Assembly: GCA_038087875.1 (NCBI GenBank)
Contig: CM075998.1
Location: forward strand, 2,048,001-2,108,000
Origin: Malacoraja senta
Lineage: Eukaryota
Direction: 5' to 3'
DNA length: 60,000 nucleotides
The notes beneath the pieces were generated by a model. That model saw only the letters and a program-made list of their open reading frames with translations, ran no database searches and was not told the origin of the DNA. A program made the translations under genes and the position numbers. Shown piece after piece: positions 52,756-60,000 of this stretch. Numbering within the stretch: position 1 is the first letter of the stretch; each line of letters opens with the position of its first letter.

Positions 52756-54410
52756 GTAGACGGTTTCAAGATTCAAGAGAGTTTATTGTCATGTGTCCCA
52801 GATAGGACAATGAAATTCTTACTTTGCTTCAGCACAACAGAATATTGTAGGCATGAATACAGAACAGATCAGTGTGTCCATATACCATTATATAAATATA
52901 TATACACACATGAATAAATAAGCAGATAAAGTGCAAATAAACAGATAATGGTCTATTAATGGTCAGAGTTGTGTTTCAGTTGAGTTTAATAGCCTGATAG
53001 CTGTGGGGAAGCAGCTATTCCTGAACCTGGTCGTTGCAGTCTTCAGGCTCCTGTACCTTCTACCTGAAGGTAGCAGGGAGATGAGTGTGTGGCCAGGATG
53101 GTGTGGGTCCTTGATGATGCTGCCAGCCTTTTTGAGGCAGCGACTGCGATAGATCCCCTCGATGGAAGGGAGGTCAGAGCCGATGATGGACTGGGCAGTG
53201 TTTACTACTTTTTGTAGTCTTTTCCGCTCCTGGGCGCTCAAGTTGCCGATCCAAGCCAAGATGCAACCCGTAAGCATGCTCTCTACTGTGCACCTGTAGG
53301 ATTCTGTTCCAAACAGAATATTAAGTGTTCCCTGGGATTTTCTGACGACAACTGATCTATGAATTGCAGCTCCTGTTGTTCAGAAACTCTCTTGTGTGAA
53401 AGAGTAAGAAGCGATCTCACGGAAACGGAGAATTCTTATGGGTTTGACAGGGTAGATATGTTGTGTCTAGAACAGGCCCAAAATAAGGGATTGGCCATTT
53501 ACAACAGCGATGAGAATCAAAGGGCATTGAATCTTTATAATTCTCTACCCAAGGGGTCCGTGAAGGTGCTACAAAGTATATTTAAGACAGATCAATGAAT
53601 ATTTAACTATTAAGAGAACCAAGCGTTACATGATTAGTGCAGGAAACTGGTGAATAGATCGTCCAAGATCTGATTGAATGGTGGAGCAGGCATGAGGTGT
53701 TGAATGGCTTACTCCTGCTCCTATTTATTGTAAGCCAACAGGGTAGAAGAATACATATCACATAGGACATTCCTTAATAGTACCTCGAACAGCAACAAAG
53801 TTATACAGGACAATATTTGATCGCTTGAACTAACTTTAAGTTCTGTTATTTCAACTTTCTTCAAGGAAATGATTAACAAAATGACAGTTTTGTTGGGGAT
53901 CTGTTGCAAAAATCTATCACTTTGGGAGGGAAATAGAATTTGGGCTAATGAGATTTCTAACTCCATTTGTATAAGCAGTGTTTATTTTTTGTATGTTCTT
54001 ATAGACATGTGTAAAATCATGAGAGGAATAGATGGGGTAGACACAGAGTCTCTTGCCCAGAGTAGGGGAATCAAGAATCAGAGAGCATAGCTTTAAGGTG
54101 AGGGGGAAAAGATTTAAAAGGTGGGTGTATGGAACAAGCTGCCGGAGGAGGTAGTTGAGGCAGAGACTATCGCAATGTTTAAGAAGCAATTCGACAGGTA
54201 CAAGGATTGGACAAGTTTAGAGGGATATGGGCCAAATGCAGGCAAGTAGGACTAGTGTAGATGGGCAAGTTGGGCCTGTTTTCACACTGTATGACTCTTG
54301 TTATGTGCATGCACCTATAGTTACATTACGTTTGTATGTTGAGAAATGATTATTGAAATCATGTTTCCTCTGTGGGCATAAACTGTTGTTTTCATGTTGT
54401 CCTTGAGTAG

Positions 54411-54581
54411 AACACCCAGGAAGACTTCAAAGAGAAATACATGGATGCAGTCGAGACGATTGGCCATTTGGAAACTGAGAAGGTGTTGCTCATGTACGAG
54501 GTGGAACGGCTGAGGGATGTGCTGGAGAGCACAGAGGAGGAGCTGGCCGAGCTTCACTGGAAACATCAGCAAATAACCAGG
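54411..54581 (+). CDS. LRRFIP-like coding exon 4 (coiled coil)
   Basis: 171 bp; NTQEDFKEKYMDAVETIGHLETEKVLLMYEVERLRDVLESTEEELAELHWKHQQITR aligns without gaps to the 57-aa LRRFIP exon [38 protein letters not shown]... Confidence 0.88.
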
Positions 54582-54784
54582 GTACCATGTCCTGGCTCCT
54601 ATGAATTTGAAGGAACTCTGTGTCAAATTGTCTTCAAAACAATAACCGACACTTGAGGGTACCAGAGCATGAAATTGGCTCACTATCCCCAAATACCATC
54701 CATCAATAATGTCCCTGTATTCCTTTCCCCTCCACAGTCCCAGATCTCTTGTGATAACCATTACTACTCCAGCATGTTCAACAG

Positions 54785-55078
54785 GGTAAATTGGAGGAAA
54801 TGCACCTCATATTCCGCTTGGGCAGTCTACATCCTGGGGGCTTGAACATTGAATTCTCCCAATTCTGCTAGCCCTTGCTGTCCCCTCCCCTTCATCAGCC
54901 ATCTGGTCTCCTCCCCTCCCCCAGCCCTCGGGCTCCTCCTCCGCCTTTTTCCTTTTTTCCTTTCTTCTCCCCACCCCCTATCAGTCTGAAGAAGGGTTTC
55001 GGCCCGAAACGTTACCTATTTCCTTCGCTCCATAGATGCTGCTGCACCCGCTGAGTTTCTCCAGCATTTTTGTGTATG
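54785..55078 (+). mobile_element. Penelope-like element 3' fragment with hammerhead core
   Basis: KLEEMHLIFRLGSLHPGGLNIEFSQFC* (54788-54871), then CTGAAGA-aggg/ccc-GAAAc at 54986-55010. Confidence 0.85.
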
Positions 55079-55730
55079 TTCATGTTCCTTATTGATCTGC
55101 CAGATTGGACTTTGTTTTATTATGAAACATGTATTAGCCCAACCCTATTAATTGGCATACTATTTGCACAGCAAAATGCCACGGCCACAGTCTGAAGAAG
55201 GGTCCCAACTCAAAATGTTGCCTGTCCATGTCCCTCCACAGATGCTGCCTGACCTGCTGTGTTATGGCAGCACTTAGTATTTTGCTCAAGATTGCAGCAT
55301 CTGCAGTCGCCCGTGTCTCCAAGGCCACAGTCTGTTTGGCAGGCCTAACTTCGAGCTTTGTGCCATTATTTCACGTACAACTGCGTGCTGTTCAGATCAA
55401 AGGGCATCAGACTAACTGATGTACGTAACGTCAAGAGAGAAATAAGCTTGCTCTGCATATGTTGGTGGTGAGTTTCAGCACAAATTTGCAACAGGATGGA
55501 GTGAGAAATTAACACGGTGACCAGAAAGTGTTGGTTGCAAGAAGAAAAACACACAGTGGTCATATCATTCAACTTTGGAAAGGGGCAGTAAATTTAAGAG
55601 TTTACATACAAATGTCTGTTGGGTGATTCTCTAGGGATGCATGTTCTCCGGGGATGCCACCTGACCCGCTGAGTTACTCCAGCATTTTGTGTCTTGTTGA
55701 GTGATTACGGTTTTCTCATTCAATTAACAG

Positions 55731-55820
55731 GAGCTGGAAACGGAGAAAGTTGCCAAATATTTATTGTTGCAGAAAATGAATTGCATGAAGGAGCAACTTG
55801 AAGAGAGAAAGATGAACGAG
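55731..55820 (+). CDS. LRRFIP-like coding exon 5
   Basis: 90 bp; ELETEKVAKYLLLQKMNCMKEQLEERKMNE resembles [31 protein letters not shown]; aacag / gtaag borders. Confidence 0.82.
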
Positions 55821-57231
55821 GTAAGAATTATGAAGGCAAAGTCTGACTTGTGTTATGTTGCAGCTGGGGCCTTGGGGAAATTGCATCTGATCAATGGAAA
55901 CGTTCTTGGAAACTTTGGGGGCCGTGCTCGATCTGCAGAGTGCTCCCCTCTACCGGGTAAGCTGCCCCATAGATATTTATCAGCTTTTTATTTATTAATT
56001 TTCTGGGATGATGGCATTGGTGGCACGGATGGCATTTATTGCCCATCTCTAAGAGTAGGTGGTGGTGAGCTGCTGCCTTGAACTGCGGCAGAAGGTGCTC
56101 CCACTGTGTGGTTAGGTAGGGAGTTCCAGCATTTTAACCCAGTACATTCCCTGGAGGAGTGGGGGCAGAGAGCGGACTGGAGGAGTGGGGGAGAGAGAGG
56201 GCCAGAACAGTGGGGGAGGGGAGGACTGGAGCAGTTGGGGGAGAGATGACTACAGTAGTGAGGTGGAGCAGGCCGGAGTGGGGGAGTGAGTGGGCCAGAG
56301 ACACAATGTGGAGAGTGGGGCATCCGTTATCCCAACCTGAGACACAATGTAAAAAGCAGTTTCATGTCCCGATTTATAAACCAAGGAATTTATTTATTTT
56401 AATATAATTTCACTCATTAGCATCACAGAGCTAAAGAAGCCATTTTACTCGTAATTATCTGTGTCTGTAACAGAACTTTACAATTAGAATTTGGATTCGT
56501 TCAGCCCCATTAAAAAAAAAAAAATTAAATTCCCTTTTAAAAGTTGCTCTTGCATCTGCTTCCTCTGCCTTTTCAGGCTGTGTGTTTCTGATAATAATGT
56601 TTATTTTTTAAAAAGGAAAGGTCTCCTCCTCTTCCTCTTTGTTTTTCTGCCGGTTTAAAACCTGCCCTCTGATCATCAATCTTCCTGACACTGGAAACTA
56701 TCTACGTCAAAACTGTACATCATTTTGCGCACAGCTGGCATGCTCCCCCTTGACCCCTGAGGACGACAATCTCAGCTTCTCTGCTTTTCTTGTTCTTGGT
56801 ATCGTCTTGGCAAGCCTTCTCCGTGCCTCTGTGTGGGCCTTGATGTCCTTCCTGCAGTGAGGTGCCAAGATTGGACACACAGCTCCAACTAAGGCCTTGC
56901 CAGTGATTTATCATAAATTCCCCAAAATATATTTTTAATATCTTTTAGATCTCTTCATTTTGGCCGTTTGGGAGGACACAAATCTTAAATAGAAACTGGA
57001 TTCTAATAATGGGAGGAATAAAACAAAAAACTAAATGTTGCATGCAATTTCAATAGATATCTAAAATAGTCAATGCTCAATTTAACCTTATTGTGAGATT
57101 AGCTTGTAGGACTACTAAACTTTCCCCTCTATGCAAGCTTGTTTCTTGCACATTTTGAAAGCAATGACCAAATATATTACTGCACCTCTAACTTCCATTA
57201 CTCATTAACTAATTGTGGTGCTTTTCCACAG

Positions 57232-59058
57232 GCTGTTGAAATGACTACTACCAATGATATGGATCAAGGTATCCAGAGCAACCTTAAACAGGAGGAATAT
57301 TCAGGTGCAAGGAAAATGGAGTTGAAATCGGCTGATGATGGCATGCAGCAACTTTGGAGCTCAACAGCAAACTTGGCAGATGGAGAGCAGAAACACTTGA
57401 CAAACACCAGCTTTGAAGCTAAACACAATATGCAAGGTCAAGCAAAAATACTTGCACAACGAGGTGCAGATGACGTGCTATTGGAAGAATCTACTCGTCT
57501 GATAAAGGCTGGTGAAAATATGATGGTTGCAGAAAAAGTGAACCATGTTCACCATTTTGAGGCTGAAAGATCCAAATTGAATAACGTCATGGAAGGCAGT
57601 GGAAGTGAAACTTTTGAACCTGTAAAGGTGGTCAGTGAAAGAAGCGACTCGGAAAGTAAGGGTCAAAAAGAGGAAGAGCTAATCTTTGGGGCAAGTCGAG
57701 TTTCTTTGGAGGAGAGTGCACGCAATGAGACACAAAGTGATGTTGAGGCAAGAGAGCAAGTGGCTTGTGACCATTCTTTGAGTAACGTGGTGAAAGAGGA
57801 AGAAAGAAAGCAAATTGAACAAAAGAAAACCATTATGATGGAAATGCCCGATGGAACAAACCTGGAATCAACAGATGTTTGTGGAAGTATAGCAGGGGTT
57901 CCGAGGCAAGACCACGGAGGAACCCCTAGAGAAACCAGATGGGAGGGAACTAAAGAGTGGAACAGGGAGGCAGGTAAAAGTTACAAAGAATTGGGAATGG
58001 ATTGCAAGGCTGAGGATATCGAAAGTGGTGGAAAGGATATTCTTGATGGAGTTGGGAGAGCTGATGATGAACGGATAGAGTGTGGCAGAAATAGGGAAGA
58101 GGTCACCAACCCCTTTCAGAGTATGAAAGCAACCATTCCAAGTCTTGCAAAGGATGGAGTTTCTGCGAATCTGAAGCAGGATTTGGGGTCGGGCAAGGAG
58201 CAACAGCATGGAAAAGTAATGTCTGAAGAGAACAAGAATCCAGCGAAGAATCAGGAGAAGGATGGATGGTTACAAAGTTCTATTGATGAAATAAATCAAG
58301 AAGCCAACAGTAGAAGGAAAGAAGGCGAGGATATCAATGAAAAAGCAAGAGTAGGTGTATTACAAGAGGACAATGCAGATGAGGGGAATGAAATGAATGT
58401 AGATTTAGATGCACAAGAGCATAACATTGGAATGGGTGGATCAGTTCAGGTGGAAGGGAAACAAACACACAATGGTAGCAACACTGAGGAAAACAATGGT
58501 GAGAGGGAGAAGAGCCCACTTGAAATGTTTGTGCAACTCATTAGAACGATAATAACACAGAAGAACCTTACAAAAAATGAGGGCCAGGCGAGCAGGAAGG
58601 ACGATGCGGATGACTGCAGGAGTGAGGTGCGTGGGGAAAGGGAAGAGGAAATAAAAGAGCAGAATGAAGAACATCAAGAACTGCATGTGGGAGAAGAGAA
58701 AAAGGAGTTAGGATCACCAGGTGATGAGTATGGGGTGAAAAGGGGGAATGATATGAGTGGGGAGGGACCGCTCGAAGGTACAATCAAGCTGACAGGACCG
58801 GAAGGAAGGAAGGCTGCAAGGGAATTTGTTGGAGAAGCAGAGGGAGTCTCGGATGATCTATCCGATGAGGAAATGCACGATGCAGCAGAAAGTATGGCAT
58901 CTGAACCGAAAGCTGCCTCGTGCGATGGAGAAAGGAAACCAGACACTGAAGATGATCCTGAAAACACACCAGAGGACGAGATGGGGTTTGGGCAGAGTTT
59001 GAATAGAAACGAGAGTATCAGACACAAGAAAAATAGAGAAGCGTGTCAGGTTTCGTAG
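57232..59058 (+). CDS. LRRFIP-like large acidic terminal exon
   Basis: Phase-0 acceptor cttttccacag inside the 639-aa ORF; 608 Glu/Lys/Gly-rich codons ending KKNREACQVS*, like the LRRFIP1 long last exon (...KEDCTMS*). Confidence 0.85.
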   Translation, partial: AVEMTTTNDMDQGIQSNLKQEEYSGARKMELKSADDGMQQLWSSTANLADGEQKHLTNTSFEAKHNMQGQAKILAQRGADDVLLEESTRLIKAGENMMVAEKVNHVHHFEAERSKLNNVMEGSGSETFEPVKVVSERSDSESKGQKEEELIFGASRVSLEESARNETQSDVEAREQVACDHSLSNVVKEEERKQIEQKKTIMMEMPDGTNLESTDVCGSIAGVPRQDHGGTPRETRWEGTKEWNREAGKSYKELGMDCKAEDIESGGKDILDGVGRADDERIECGRNREEVTNPFQSMKATIPSLAKDGVSANLKQDLGSGKEQQHGKVMSEENKNPAKNQEKDGWLQSSIDEINQEANSRRKEGEDINEKARVGVLQEDNADEGNEMNVDLDAQEHNIGMGGSVQVEGKQTHNGSNTEENNGEREKSPLEMFVQLIRTIITQKNLTKNEGQASRKDDADDCRSEVRGEREEEIKEQNEEHQELHVGEEKKELGSPGDEYGVKRGNDMSGEGPLEGTIKLTGPEGRKAAREFVGEAEGVSDDLSDEEMHDAAESMASEPKAASCDGERKPDTEDDPENTPEDEMGFGQSLNRNESIRHKKNREACQVS

Positions 59059-60000
59059 AGTTCCTGTCATGTGTTCCAACTACGTAAATCTTGAGGCTGA
59101 GAAGGCTTCATAGAAACATAGAAAATAGATGCAGGAGTAGGCCATTTGACCAGGACCAGGACCATATGATTCAATATGATCATGGCTGATCATCCAAAAT
59201 CTGAACCTCGTTCCTGCTTTTTCCCCATATCCCTTGATTCCCTTAGCCCTAAGAGTTCAATCTAACTCTCTCTTAAACTGAAAACGTTACAAAACCTTGC
59301 ACAAATTAGATCTTTTAAATAATCATAACACTGATAATTTCTTTTGCAAAGACTTTCACTTTTTAACTGAAAAGTAAACCATACTTGGAATGTAAATAAG
59401 TTGATCTTAAGTGGAAATAATTTTATGATTGGTCTCCTCAATGCATTGCGCCTCAGAGTTTTTAGATTTAATTGACTAAGGCATAAATAGCCTGTCTTTA
59501 TGCGCCGATTATATGTTATAAGGCTCCTTTTGCCTTTGTTATTGTTTCACCATGCCAATTAAGAAATCTGTACAGCCCTGGACAAACCTCTCAGGATCTG
59601 AAGAAATTAGCAATGAACCTACAGAAACCTTTATGAATATTTATGTATCTGTTGCCTGTTTTAGGCAGCATGGGCTTTTAGGAAAACAAGGTCAACATTT
59701 TGAGATTGACATTGAAACACGTGATCTATATTGAAGGATAGAGTAGTATTTCTGAAGCATATGAAGCACAGTGCTATTTTAAAGATGTGGGTGATATTAT
59801 AGCCCTTTGTAACTCTGCCTGTATACCTGCTGTTGTTAATTTAATGATCAGTTCCCTGTATCACTCACTACACCTCTGTTCACTTACTTTCCACTCGAGT
59901 CCTGCTGAACCTGCATTTGATGTTCCTTATTTAGATAGGCCCAGCAGAGATTAAAGATGCCTTAGCAATACTGCTCTGCTGTGGCAGTCTGAGGGCCCTG

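Noticed and set aside
57139..57231. N-terminal 31 codons of the 639-aa ORF as a stand-alone gene start
   Set aside because: It starts at TTG in AT-rich intron sequence; a good phase-0 acceptor at 57231 links the rest to upstream LRRFIP-like exons.

Overview
Vertebrate genomic DNA, very probably an elasmobranch (skate/ray type), inferred from its HE1/V-SINE-, CR1- and Penelope-type repeats. Three spliced + strand genes are reconstructed from GT-AG exons: (1) the last four coding exons of CDK2 (1699-9136); (2) a complete RAB5B, with promoter and non-coding exon 1 at ~16.6-16.9 kb and five coding exons at 20270-28095 (215 aa); (3) a divergent LRRFIP-family gene (six phase-0 coding exons, 40022-59058, ~764 aa) where SUOX follows RAB5B in human. 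The rest is repeat-rich: a nearly intact 3.2-kb CR1 LINE, two Tc1/mariner IR/DR relics, Rex1/Babar-type, L1 and RTE fragments, tRNA-derived SINEs, and about 20 Penelope-derived pieces with minimal hammerhead cores. Best leads: a 140-bp TSD-flanked retroposon whose 5' end is exactly a minimal HDV/CPEB3-like ribozyme fold (51587-51640, minus strand); a candidate third LRRFIP ohnolog; the hammerhead-bearing Penelope repeats; and a candidate poison cassette exon in CDK2 intron 5. All homology statements come from recalled sequences, not database searches. Repeat boundaries are approximate unless a TSD or TIR fixes them.
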